Translations under genes and position numbers: made by a program | Source of the DNA: Promethearchaeota archaeon | GTDB taxonomy: Archaea > Asgardarchaeota > Lokiarchaeia > Sigyniarchaeales > SOKP01 | Assembly: GCA_048937405.1 (NCBI GenBank) | Contig: JBHLNF010000002.1 | Coordinates: 128,001-192,000, forward strand | Direction of reading: 5' to 3' | DNA: 64,000 bases | The notes under the pieces: model-generated | The model's database searches: none | Seen by the model: only the letters and a program-made list of their open reading frames with translations | Told to the model about the DNA's origin: nothing | Shown: piece by piece, positions 9,601 through 18,591 of the stretch | Layout: the number at the start of each line of letters is the position of its first letter | How positions within the stretch are numbered: position 1 is the stretch's first letter

Positions 9601-10833
9601 CTAAGAAACGTGTTTATAATGAGTAGACCAATTTGTTTGATCTTCTATAGTAAAATCTACATCTATTGATTCTGCTTTTAAGAAAATTCGAGCATTATAA
9701 AAACCTTCAAATTGATGACCTGTTTCTTGAACATCTACAACATAGCAATTATAAAATTCATGAGTTACATAGTAATTCTCATCTGGTTTATATACAGTAA
9801 TATTAATTTGACGAGCTTCTCTATCTATATAATCTGTCCAAATTTTCTTCCGTTCTAATACTGCTTCTAATGTTAATTGTATAGTTTTATGCTTGTAGAG
9901 ATATACTGTTCCGTATTTGGAGTTATTATCCAAAACTACTTTATATTCTTGCTCTTGATACCATTGAGCCTTCCAACATTCTAGAAAGTGAATATTTTGA
10001 TCTGCTACATCCCAGTAAACATCAGGTTTTCCATTATAACAATTTTCTGCATTATAACCTGGGTTTGAAGGATCTGTTGTTAATCTTGGTCTTTCTTTAT
10101 CAAATAGCTTTATTGTATCTCCTGCTAAATTTGCATTAGGAGTAGAATCTAATGTTAATACTGGCGGATCTGATGCATCAGAATCCTCTACATTAAAAGT
10201 CTCGTCTTCATTATCTCCTCCACTTACAAATACTAACCAACCATTATAATAATCTACTGCTCTCTGTGGCTCATCTGTTAAAGTAATATCATTTCCAACA
10301 ACACTTGCTACAGTATCGTCAGCTTTCCATTGTCCTCTATCATCTTCTAACCTGCCAAAAATCCATTCACTCTCAACTAAGAAAGGAGCACCTTCCATAG
10401 CTGTACATCCTAATTTAATCATATAACAATCTACAGCTTGAGCTAATCTATCAACACTACCGTCATTTAACTCATCTCTAATCGTAATAGGTAAAGGTAA
10501 ACCTGTATCTAATACTTCTGCATTATGAATATTAGCTCCTCCGCCATCTTTAGTAACTTGTTTTAAAAACCAACAAATATACTGAGGAGTTATAGGTAGA
10601 AAATTGATTTTAAAAGGTTTATATTTTGGTCTAATAGGGGTTATATTAGATTCTCTCGAATCATAAGAATAATATTCTTCTACGTCATTTACTATTGATG
10701 GTAGAGTCCAATCACCACAAGACTCATCAAATTCTCCAAAAAAATAAGTTGTATCATCGGCATCATCAATAGCTTCTACACCTACACCCGATTGATATGC
10801 CCATACTAATCTACTTGATTTATTTCCTGTCAT
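9601..10833 (-). CDS. Putative major tail (tube) protein with inserted acidic beta domain
   Basis: Synteny after the terminator-like gene; beta-rich; insert DYYNGWLVFVSGG...TLDSTP..AGDTIKL. Confidence 0.5.
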   Translation of the reverse strand: MTGNKSSRLVWAYQSGVGVEAIDDADDTTYFFGEFDESCGDWTLPSIVNDVEEYYSYDSRESNITPIRPKYKPFKINFLPITPQYICWFLKQVTKDGGGANIHNAEVLDTGLPLPITIRDELNDGSVDRLAQAVDCYMIKLGCTAMEGAPFLVESEWIFGRLEDDRGQWKADDTVASVVGNDITLTDEPQRAVDYYNGWLVFVSGGDNEDETFNVEDSDASDPPVLTLDSTPNANLAGDTIKLFDKERPRLTTDPSNPGYNAENCYNGKPDVYWDVADQNIHFLECWKAQWYQEQEYKVVLDNNSKYGTVYLYKHKTIQLTLEAVLERKKIWTDYIDREARQINITVYKPDENYYVTHEFYNCYVVDVQETGHQFEGFYNARIFLKAESIDVDFTIEDQTNWSTHYKHVS

Positions 10834-10877
10834 TTTTTTACCTTTTTAGTTAATTATTTAATTTTCAATTTAATCTT

Positions 10878-11297
10878 TTAACTTGTTGACCAAGTTATAT
10901 CTAAAAATATATCTTCATACCATCTTCCGTCATCCTGTTCATAAGCTTTATTACTATATGCTAATTTAATATAATTCATAACACTAGGACGAGTATAATC
11001 AGTTATAGTTTCTCTTCTATTAAATTTTAATATCCCTTCTAAGATATTATTAAAAGCACTCATTAAATTAGCTTCATTAGTTTCTGATAATTTTATTTTA
11101 TATCTTTTAACATAACGATAATTATCTGCTGATAATACTTCTCCTGGTTCTACAAGCATTCTATGTGTTTTTCCTGCCCCATATTTATCACTATAAATAC
11201 TTTTTGATTCAGAAATATGCTTAACTGTTGCTGATGTGTGTACTTTCCCTAAGAAAGTTCTAATATAATCTAATTCACTATCATCTGCCATTTTCAC
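10878..11297 (-). CDS. Putative tail terminator / neck protein
   Basis: Size and position in head-tail junction block. Confidence 0.4.
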   Translation of the reverse strand: MKMADDSELDYIRTFLGKVHTSATVKHISESKSIYSDKYGAGKTHRMLVEPGEVLSADNYRYVKRYKIKLSETNEANLMSAFNNILEGILKFNRRETITDYTRPSVMNYIKLAYSNKAYEQDDGRWYEDIFLDITWSTS

Positions 11298-11756
11298 TCA
11301 CTTTCTTCCAAAATAATTTTCTTTTTCTCTCGCTAATACAGTCATCATTCTTTCCTTTGCAAATTCTACCATTTTATCAAAGAAATACCCTACTGCATTA
11401 GGATCATCTAATATTTTCCTTCCTCTTCTTTCACCACTATGCCGTACTCTCATTGTTGGCATATTATTTACATATATAGCATAATCCACGTCTGTTGCTA
11501 ATACTAATCTTAATATCTCATTTTGTATATATGAAGTATGTAACTTCTGTAATAAATCATTTCTTAGATTTCCTGTATCTTTTGGTACTTTTTGTTTAAT
11601 CCATTGTTCTAATAAGAAAATCATCTCTTTTAAAACAGCTCGTAGAAATTTCTGTATGTTTTGTTTAACTTGTTCATATGTAAATTTATTTCCACGTACT
11701 ATATAGCTGATTTCTGCCTTTGATAATTCTCCTATAACTGTTTGTTTTAAACTCAT
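11298..11756 (-). CDS. HK97 gp10-like / minor capsid (tail completion) protein
   Basis: VPKDTGNLRND ... VDYAIYVN ... YFF signature. Confidence 0.7.
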   Translation of the reverse strand: MSLKQTVIGELSKAEISYIVRGNKFTYEQVKQNIQKFLRAVLKEMIFLLEQWIKQKVPKDTGNLRNDLLQKLHTSYIQNEILRLVLATDVDYAIYVNNMPTMRVRHSGERRGRKILDDPNAVGYFFDKMVEFAKERMMTVLAREKENYFGRK

Positions 11757-12124
11757 GTGTAATCTGGGTACATTTCAAAACTTTGGATAGTAAAATTACT
11801 ATTTTTCTTTAAAATGGTTTTAATAATATAATCCATAAATTCTTCGACAGATTTCTTAATCTCTATAGTATGTCCGTCTTTAATCATTTGAAGAATCATC
11901 ATTCTTTCCGCAAGTAATGTAGTTGCTGTAATAATACGATCTGGAATAGTTCCACTAAAACTCTTTCCTTCAATCGAGTTTATTATTCTTTCTGCCATAC
12001 TAATTTTTGCTACTACTTGTGCTTCTGAATACGACGGGATCAAATTTGCATAAGTTTTACAGGCATAATCTTCTAATTGGTCTCCTGTAATATATTCATA
12101 TTCGCTTGTTTCTGTATAAGCCAT
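11753..12124 (-). CDS. Putative head-tail adaptor protein
   Basis: YIT..QL, AERIINS, IPDRIITATTLLA pattern; directly after capsid gene. Confidence 0.6.
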   Translation of the reverse strand: MAYTETSEYEYITGDQLEDYACKTYANLIPSYSEAQVVAKISMAERIINSIEGKSFSGTIPDRIITATTLLAERMMILQMIKDGHTIEIKKSVEEFMDYIIKTILKKNSNFTIQSFEMYPDYT

Positions 12125-12160
12125 GTTTTTTTAACCTTTATATAATTAAATAAAAAATAT

Positions 12161-12176
12161 AGGAGTAGAAACTCCT
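12161..12176 (-). terminator. Hairpin followed by T-rich tract downstream of capsid gene
   Basis: AGGAGT-agaa-ACTCCT (plus strand); minus strand continues ATATTTTTTATTT. Confidence 0.45.
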
Positions 12177-12208
12177 TTTAATACTTCAAAATTCGGATTT
12201 AAATTACT

Positions 12209-13156
12209 TTATTCAGTTGTTCCTACGTCACCACTATAAATCAAATAAAACCCTTTGGTTTCTTTTATTATAGGAGTGCCTCCCCAACAATCAAGATAAG
12301 CAATATCCTCTTCAAATTTCTTCTCAGGAATACCTTTTCTTGTTCCTACTTGTTCAGTTTCAGCTATATAAAAGATCCTTGGATCATTTTTGAACAGTAA
12401 GAAACATTGGGTATCATCTGCAGGAGTTTCTGAATTTCCTAAACCATCTGTGCAGATTTTATCAGTAAAATAGACTTTATCAATTATAGCAGGACTTTGG
12501 ACATTACCACTGAAATTCATATAGACATCTAAGAATTCTTTCCAAGCATTATTACCACTTGTAGACATTTGAGATTTTCTTAAAAGTGCGGCAGTTTTAT
12601 GCATTAAGACCAAAGTATAAGGAGGTTCGATGTAATCATCCTTTAATCCAGCAATTGCTGTTTCAAGGTCAGTAAAGAAATTTGCTATTGCATCTCCCCA
12701 TTTGTCAGTTGCTCCTGAGGATTGAATTCCTGTGTAATTTAACAAGCCTTCAGAACCTGGAACTTCTTCCATACCAAAAAGAATATCTTCGATAATCCAG
12801 TCAAATAATTGCTTTCTAGCTTCTAATTCCTCTTGAACTAAGAGACTTATAACTCCTTCTGTTGCAGAAAGGTCATTGTCCTGATGGTCAATAAGAATAG
12901 GAACACTTTCACGCATAACTGGTTTTTCATTAAATTTTCGATTAGGCATGTTTTGAATATCGTAGTCAAATTTACTTCCTCTCCTATGAATTTGAACTTC
13001 TAGAGCTTTTCCGTATTTAATTACTTTGATCCCTTCTGGAAAAGGTCTATGAGGTAGTGCAGGAAGTATATCTAATACTTCATGTTTAACTTCAGATATT
13101 TGGGTATCTACTTTACTCCATTGATTTTCTGTTACGTGTTTTATTTCGTCAGCCAT
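12209..13156 (-). CDS. Major capsid protein, HK97 fold, encapsulin/Linocin-M18-like
   Basis: 315 aa; EDILFG...GSEGLLN and AIAGL.DD.I.PPYTLVL motifs; position after decoration and protease genes. Confidence 0.8.
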   Translation of the reverse strand: MADEIKHVTENQWSKVDTQISEVKHEVLDILPALPHRPFPEGIKVIKYGKALEVQIHRRGSKFDYDIQNMPNRKFNEKPVMRESVPILIDHQDNDLSATEGVISLLVQEELEARKQLFDWIIEDILFGMEEVPGSEGLLNYTGIQSSGATDKWGDAIANFFTDLETAIAGLKDDYIEPPYTLVLMHKTAALLRKSQMSTSGNNAWKEFLDVYMNFSGNVQSPAIIDKVYFTDKICTDGLGNSETPADDTQCFLLFKNDPRIFYIAETEQVGTRKGIPEKKFEEDIAYLDCWGGTPIIKETKGFYLIYSGDVGTTE

Positions 13157-13161
13157 GATAA

Positions 13162-13593
13162 TTAACCTCTATCTATTCTGGCTCTGCATACTGAATCACC
13201 GTTAGGAACTCTATAAACTATTCTTGCAAAAGTTTGACCTGTTGCACTACCAGCAGACCAAGGTGCAATTCCTGCATTTGCTGGTTTATCGTAGATAGGT
13301 TCACTTATCTCTTTATCTTCTCCTGGATCATCACAGAACATATTTACATAACCTTCTGTGATTATGTTTCCTTGGTAGCCACTTGAAATAGCTGTGTCAA
13401 GATCTACATTGTAGTGTTTATTTAAAACACCTGCTGCTCTATAAGAGGTTGATGCTTTTCTGATATTTTTAGAACTATCAATATGAACTAAAGATCCTGC
13501 TTTGATATCTTGTATAAGAGTACCAAATAGAGGAGCTTTATTATCTCCTACTTCAATACTATTTCCTATATCACTTATTTCGTCATTTGCCAT
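13162..13593 (-). CDS. Capsid decoration/cement protein
   Basis: 143 aa, IKAGSLV...AAGV...IITEGYV pattern, immediately upstream of capsid gene. Confidence 0.6.
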   Translation of the reverse strand: MANDEISDIGNSIEVGDNKAPLFGTLIQDIKAGSLVHIDSSKNIRKASTSYRAAGVLNKHYNVDLDTAISSGYQGNIITEGYVNMFCDDPGEDKEISEPIYDKPANAGIAPWSAGSATGQTFARIVYRVPNGDSVCRARIDRG

Positions 13594-13647
13594 ATGCTAA
13601 ACCTTTTTATTTTTAATTTACAGGTATCCTCACTTAAGAGTCCTTTG

Positions 13648-14421
13648 TTAACCTGTTTTATGTTGTTTTACAAACTTCCATTCTGTGAAAACTTTTGAAG
13701 TTTCTTTATCAGTAGGAAGATCATGCTTCATTTTATCTTGAAAACCTAACTTGATTTTCTGCTTCTCTTTTTCTTCTTCGTCTCCTTCTTCTTCTGGTTT
13801 AGGTTCAGGCTTATCCTTAGCCTTAGACAATTCTTCTAGTTGTTTTTTTAAGAGATTAATCTCTTCTAAGAGAATTTTACTTGTAATTTCTTGTTCCTCG
13901 TTATTCTCTTCTGAGTTATCCTCTTTATTATTTTCTTCTGATTCTTGAGGATCTTCTGGCTCCTCATTATTATCTGTATTTTGTCCATCTACTATATCAG
14001 GACCAGCAGATGGCTCATCTCCTCTATCTCGTTTTGTAATATTACACACCTTTAAAGGACATTTTTGATCAAAATTACCAACAGCTATATGGTTGATTCC
14101 TATAATTTTATTATCTTGAATTTCATATTCTATTGAAACATTAAAATCTCCATCTTTATTACTATGAAGTTTAATTCCTTCATCTAAATCTTCTTGATTC
14201 CATCCTACATACAAAAGCTTGTTTCTTTTATCTAAATCCCAGTATTTAATAGAACCTACTTGTTCTCTTACATCACCATGACTTCTCTTAATAGGAATTG
14301 GTGTATTTCCTCTACTTTTTAGAGCTACTTCAATTTCTTCCCATTTATCATAGAAATCATCTGGTTTATAATCTCCTAGAGCAGCAACACCACTATAATC
14401 GAACTTTCTACTTTTTATCAT
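13648..14421 (-). CDS. Prohead maturation protease fused to acidic scaffold (DUF2213-like)
   Basis: SHGD..QVG, VSIEY, INHIAVG..C in N-terminal half; acidic linker and coiled-coil C-terminus. Confidence 0.65.
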   Translation of the reverse strand: MIKSRKFDYSGVAALGDYKPDDFYDKWEEIEVALKSRGNTPIPIKRSHGDVREQVGSIKYWDLDKRNKLLYVGWNQEDLDEGIKLHSNKDGDFNVSIEYEIQDNKIIGINHIAVGNFDQKCPLKVCNITKRDRGDEPSAGPDIVDGQNTDNNEEPEDPQESEENNKEDNSEENNEEQEITSKILLEEINLLKKQLEELSKAKDKPEPKPEEEGDEEEKEKQKIKLGFQDKMKHDLPTDKETSKVFTEWKFVKQHKTG

Positions 14422-14614
14422 ATTTTTCCTCTAATCTTTTCATATAAGGTATTAAATCCTTATTACAATAGGGGCATACAGTCACGTTTTTTGAATCTTC
14501 AATAAATTTCTTTCTTGTTGGAAGAAAATCAAAATCTCCACTCCATAACAATTCTGCTAACTTTTTACAGCAAAAGAAAGCTTGAAAATTCTGATAGTTT
14601 TCTTCTTCACTCAT
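14408..14614 (-). CDS. Small putative Zn-binding protein
   Basis: CC...CPYC; overlaps neighbours on both sides. Confidence 0.6.
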   Translation of the reverse strand: MSEEENYQNFQAFFCCKKLAELLWSGDFDFLPTRKKFIEDSKNVTVCPYCNKDLIPYMKRLEEKYDKK

Positions 14615-14739
14615 TTTCCATTCTTGTGTTTTTTTACTAAATATGCTCTATAGGCTCGTTCTGCATCTCCTTGAGTTTTATAGATACATTGTCCTTCGCC
14701 AATTCTCCACTTTCCATTACTGCATTTCTTCACTGGCAT
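14611..14739 (-). CDS. 42-aa basic protein (not in ORF track)
   Basis: MPVKKCSNGKWRIGEGQCIYKTQGDAERAYRAYLVKKHKNGK; ATG directly after portal stop, ATGA overlap with next gene. Confidence 0.75.
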   Translation of the reverse strand: MPVKKCSNGKWRIGEGQCIYKTQGDAERAYRAYLVKKHKNGK

Positions 14740-15942
14740 TTAATCATATTTCTCTACATAGTTCTTTTCTTTTTTAAGATAATCAGCATCTTTTTCTTCA
14801 GGTTCTTCTACAGGTTCTAATTCTTGCTTTTCTTCATTTACAGCTTTATTATAGTCTTCTGAATCTACTAAATTTCCTCCATCATCAAATACTATCTCTT
14901 TAACACTTTCATTCAAAGCTTCACCATCTTCCTGCTTTAAAAGTAGTTTTCTAATAAATGGTATATATTCTTGAAAGATTTGTTTTAATGTAGTCCATAT
15001 TGCTATTCTATCTTCTTTTGCTGCAGATTGAGCTCCTTTAGGATCTCCTATAAACCATCTCACTGGAAATCCAGATGATCCAGAAATTATCTTCATTAAC
15101 TCTTCTAAATCTGCTGTCCAGTTTACTTTATTACCAGAACCTTCCCAAGTAATCGTAGGTGCTTGTCCTGTCATAGTAGAACTTTTCAGCAATAAAACAC
15201 TTCTGGTATTTGTCTTCTTAATAGCTGTAATTAAATTTGACTGCTGATCACTGTACTCGTTTGGATCAAGAGATAAAATCATCATCCCATTTCCTATTCT
15301 TGCATCATATTCTGCCATAGCTGAAACTATCTCATTATATCTCACAGAAGAATCCCATACAGCTTTAATTGGAGCAACTCCTTGTCTATTTAATTTAGAC
15401 TTCCCTACTGAGAAGTGAATCACATCTTCTGGAAATAAATCATAATCACTTACAGCTTCACTTTGTTCTATATTCTCTCCTTCTTCTAACTCAGGTTTGA
15501 CCTTATATTTCTCAATCTTTAATTTCTTGAATTTAATCTTCTGAATATCTGTAGAATCATGAACAAGCCAATCTCTGTCTTCTAAAACATCATCTTTTAG
15601 TGGTTCTACAACACAGTACCCATGTGTTCTAGTAGCTTGAATAACATCATTTAAGAGATTATTATAAGAGAGTTTTTCCCACTGCTCTTTTAAGTCTTCC
15701 ATTTCATTTCCTACTTTATCTAAGAAAATAGGAGTTCTTTCTGTGATTAAATTAGCTACCCTTTGAACAAGAGCATTAATAATAGGATCGTTTTCTACTC
15801 TAATTTCCCTATGTTTTGGATTACTCCATTTTTTAGCTTTTAGCACTTCTAATTTATCTGCATAAATTGAGGAGTGAATCCATTCATTTGCTCTTTGTAC
15901 TTTTCCTACAACCCATTCCTTTGCTCTTCGTAATACTCCCAT
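14740..15942 (-). CDS. Portal protein (DUF1073-like)
   Basis: 400 aa after terminase; RTHGYC, VIHF...RQGVAP, ISGSSGFPVRWFIG.PKG motifs. Confidence 0.8.
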   Translation of the reverse strand: MGVLRRAKEWVVGKVQRANEWIHSSIYADKLEVLKAKKWSNPKHREIRVENDPIINALVQRVANLITERTPIFLDKVGNEMEDLKEQWEKLSYNNLLNDVIQATRTHGYCVVEPLKDDVLEDRDWLVHDSTDIQKIKFKKLKIEKYKVKPELEEGENIEQSEAVSDYDLFPEDVIHFSVGKSKLNRQGVAPIKAVWDSSVRYNEIVSAMAEYDARIGNGMMILSLDPNEYSDQQSNLITAIKKTNTRSVLLLKSSTMTGQAPTITWEGSGNKVNWTADLEELMKIISGSSGFPVRWFIGDPKGAQSAAKEDRIAIWTTLKQIFQEYIPFIRKLLLKQEDGEALNESVKEIVFDDGGNLVDSEDYNKAVNEEKQELEPVEEPEEKDADYLKKEKNYVEKYD

Positions 15943-15943
15943 A

Positions 15944-16138
15944 TTATTTTACCATTAGCAATTGTTTTAAATTATCTATATATTTTCCATATCCTTCCTT
16001 CCTCAGAAATGCTTCAATAGATCCATAGTTCCTTTCAATTTCTTGTACTACTACTCTTCTTAACGTTCCTTCATAACCAATCTGGCAAATTAAGTAGGTA
16101 TCTAAATCTGCATAACCAATATCTATATCATTAAACAT
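15944..16138 (-). CDS. Provirus hypothetical protein (probable start MFNDID at 16138)
   Basis: ATG overlaps the end of the KTSC gene; the longer ORF call overlaps KTSC by 128 bp. Confidence 0.5.
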   Translation of the reverse strand: MFNDIDIGYADLDTYLICQIGYEGTLRRVVVQEIERNYGSIEAFLRKEGYGKYIDNLKQLLMVK

Positions 16139-16499
16139 AGTTCCATCTATATCCTCCTTTCCTAATATTGTAGTAGAAAAACGTACCTTTAGAATGAGCA
16201 TAATAAAACTCTTCAAAAATACTAAACGGTACATCATAGTATTTTGCCATTTTTCCACTAAGAAACTGTACTTTTAATTCTCCTGCTTCTATCGTCTTTC
16301 CTTTTATATATTCAAATCCTGCTATATTAGTAGAGCTTACTGGCATCATAGGATAATCCTTCCATACAAGTCTCCCTACTCTCATAGGACCTATTGCAGG
16401 AGGTTGCTCTTTTCTTGTAGTTGGTGTTAGTAATCTGCTAGGTACAAACCTGCCACTTTCATCTCTCATGTAGGGCTTTGGTCTTCTTCTTCTTACCAT
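16131..16499 (-). CDS. KTSC-domain protein with Arg-rich N-terminus
   Basis: PVSSTNIAGFEY...LKVQF.SG...YYDVP...F..AHSKGTFF..NIR is the KTSC pattern. Confidence 0.85.
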   Translation of the reverse strand: MVRRRRPKPYMRDESGRFVPSRLLTPTTRKEQPPAIGPMRVGRLVWKDYPMMPVSSTNIAGFEYIKGKTIEAGELKVQFLSGKMAKYYDVPFSIFEEFYYAHSKGTFFYYNIRKGGYRWNYV

Positions 16500-16502
16500 A
16501 TT

Positions 16503-17837
16503 TTATCCTCCATAATTCCAATTACTATACATTTCCCAAAGATACTTCCTAAAGTAGTAATACACTCCATGCATAAGAGAGTCTACATAATCATCATCTT
16601 TCTTATCTCCGCAGTAATGTAATAACTGTTGTTTTAAAGTAGGATTTTTCACTATAAGCCTATTCTCATCCAGTACATATCTTAATCCTTCTATATACCA
16701 TTCTTTCTGGTTTCCAAAGAACGAGAATTTAGTACTGTAATTACTTTTCTTCATTTTTGAATTTACAACACTTGCTATCGTCTGCGATCCTTCTAAGATA
16801 AACAGTGGATGATATTTCTGCTGAAACTCCCTACATTTAACTAATATCTCTTCATAGGTAGCATTTTGTTTTCCCCACGATTCAAGCTCGTAAATAATAT
16901 TATTCTTAATTGCAAGAACAAACATCGTGCATTCATGTCCCCATCCCCAATCAATAGGACATACAATCTCTCCGTAATTTCCTATCTCATTATAATCAAC
17001 AAATGCTTCTTCGATTTTCTTTGCTTTAAAGTATGCTCCTTCTTCTTCTACCCATTCCATCAGCACTTCCTGTCTCCACATCCTCTCTGTCATTCCTGCT
17101 TTTATCTGCTTCCATGTATCTTCTGAAACCCATATAGCATCCTCTTTTCTTAGAGTAAATTTACTGCATTGTAAATCTTTATCAAACCAAAATGTATGGA
17201 ATCTACTACCTGCTTTTGCAGTTCCTGTAATCCATATATGCATTTCTCTTCCTGTTGCCAACATAGGAAAGATTTTACTCCATACTTCTGGCTCTACTTC
17301 CTGTGCTTCGTCTATAATAACTATATCCGCTTCGTACGTTCCTGTATCTGCTATTGTATTACTATGAGCCATCACAGTAGTGCCATTTTTCAATGTAGTA
17401 TGTGTTTTAGCATCTTGTTTACCCAACAAATCAAGTTTATACTCTAAATCAATTTCTCGTATTGAACTAATTACATAAGAAGCAGTTTCTTTCTTAGAAG
17501 ATAAAATGTGGACTCTGAGTTTCCTTCTTGTTCCTAATAAAATAATTCCTAAAGCGTCAAGGTAGGTTTTACCTGTTTTTCTACATCCAAAAACCATTGT
17601 CATTCCTGGTTGTAGAAAACTTTGTAAAATTTCCTTCTGTTTTGGAACTAACTTTTTAGTTATCTTTTTATAATTAACTGCAAATTTCTTATCTTCAGTA
17701 GTGAGGTAGGGTTCTACATATAGTCTCGCATACAAAGGAAAAATATTAATATAGCTTCTTGCCTTTGCAGGATCTTTACTCGCTTCTGAAATCATTTTTT
17801 CTAAAATTTTCTTATAGTTAAATTCTTCTTCGTTCAA
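16503..17837 (-). CDS. terL: Terminase large subunit
   Basis: Walker A GCRKTGKT, Walker B IVIIDEAQ, coupling motif TGT, nuclease PIDWG and DDYVDS. Confidence 0.92.
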   Translation of the reverse strand: MNEEEFNYKKILEKMISEASKDPAKARSYINIFPLYARLYVEPYLTTEDKKFAVNYKKITKKLVPKQKEILQSFLQPGMTMVFGCRKTGKTYLDALGIILLGTRRKLRVHILSSKKETASYVISSIREIDLEYKLDLLGKQDAKTHTTLKNGTTVMAHSNTIADTGTYEADIVIIDEAQEVEPEVWSKIFPMLATGREMHIWITGTAKAGSRFHTFWFDKDLQCSKFTLRKEDAIWVSEDTWKQIKAGMTERMWRQEVLMEWVEEEGAYFKAKKIEEAFVDYNEIGNYGEIVCPIDWGWGHECTMFVLAIKNNIIYELESWGKQNATYEEILVKCREFQQKYHPLFILEGSQTIASVVNSKMKKSNYSTKFSFFGNQKEWYIEGLRYVLDENRLIVKNPTLKQQLLHYCGDKKDDDYVDSLMHGVYYYFRKYLWEMYSNWNYGG

Positions 17838-18030
17838 TGGGTAGGGGTGTCTCTTCGTTTTTTATACAGAGTTCACTTCCTTTATTCTCATATTATAATT
17901 AAGGGAGGGATAAGCTATCCCTACCCTTTATGCATGAAGGAAGTGAAGAATATATGCGGAAGCAACAGAGCAGTTATCCTGACCTTTGAGGTTTGATCTG
18001 ATTGTTACTTCCTTTCTATATCCTATAGGA
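17838..18030 (-). ncRNA. Candidate structured RNA leader (or DNA packaging-site structure) upstream of terL
   Basis: Nested inverted repeats 17872-17882/17937-17947, 17901-17912/17916-17928, 17958-17967/18003-18012; extra complementarity 17839-17846/17919-17926. Confidence 0.55.
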
Positions 18031-18059
18031 GTTTTAACATTTGTAATACGATTTATTAT

Positions 18060-18089
18060 TTTGATAATTATCAAACTAATACATTTAAA
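18060..18089 (-). promoter_or_regulatory. Putative late promoter (TTTAAA at 18084-18089) with a perfect 16-bp palindrome over the expected start site
   Basis: TTTGATAATTATCAAA at 18060-18075 is a perfect palindrome. Confidence 0.5.
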
Positions 18090-18114
18090 TTTCAAAAATT
18101 AGACAATTTTGTAG

Positions 18115-18363
18115 TCATAGCAGAAAAAACAGCGATTTTCAGTTACCTTTTTTTAGTAGAAAAAAAATAAGTATATATATATATATTATATTTTATAAGT
18201 TTTTATTTATATTTTATAATATAATAGTATATTTTATATATTTTATATACCTAGATCGTAAGAAAAAATATATATATAAAAATAGAAATAAATATATAAA
18301 TATATATACATTTTTCTCCATATAAAAAAGGTTGGAAAAATTTCCATGTTTTTTCTGCTATGA
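18115..18363. repeat. 17-bp perfect inverted repeat flanking a very A/T-rich core; candidate replication origin
   Basis: TCATAGCAGAAAAAACA (18115-18131) / TGTTTTTTCTGCTATGA (18347-18363); imperfect inward extension ACCTTTTTT...AGAAAAA...GTATATATA on both arms. Confidence 0.75.
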
Positions 18364-18591
18364 GAATTTATTCGTTCTTCTATCACGCACAACTTTTATA
18401 ATTTTAACAAAAATGTATTATTTTGAAAATTAGAAAACCATCTAATATAATACTTACTCGTCCACATCCTTAGCCAAAATCTAATTTTAATAGTTATCTA
18501 ATCTTTAAACCAATACAATTTTCAAATATTTATAAGTAAGTGGAATTATAGTAGGATGAGAAAAAACTATTTTAAAAAATAATATAAAAAA

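Noticed and set aside
17838-18030. Hammerhead ribozyme, tRNA or small terminase ORF
   Set aside because: No CUGAUGA/GAAA core, no cloverleaf or T-loop, and no plausible ORF; in-frame stop nine codons upstream of terL
18165-18310. CRISPR array or microsatellite
   Set aside because: No regular repeat-spacer periodicity; better explained as the A/T core between inverted repeats
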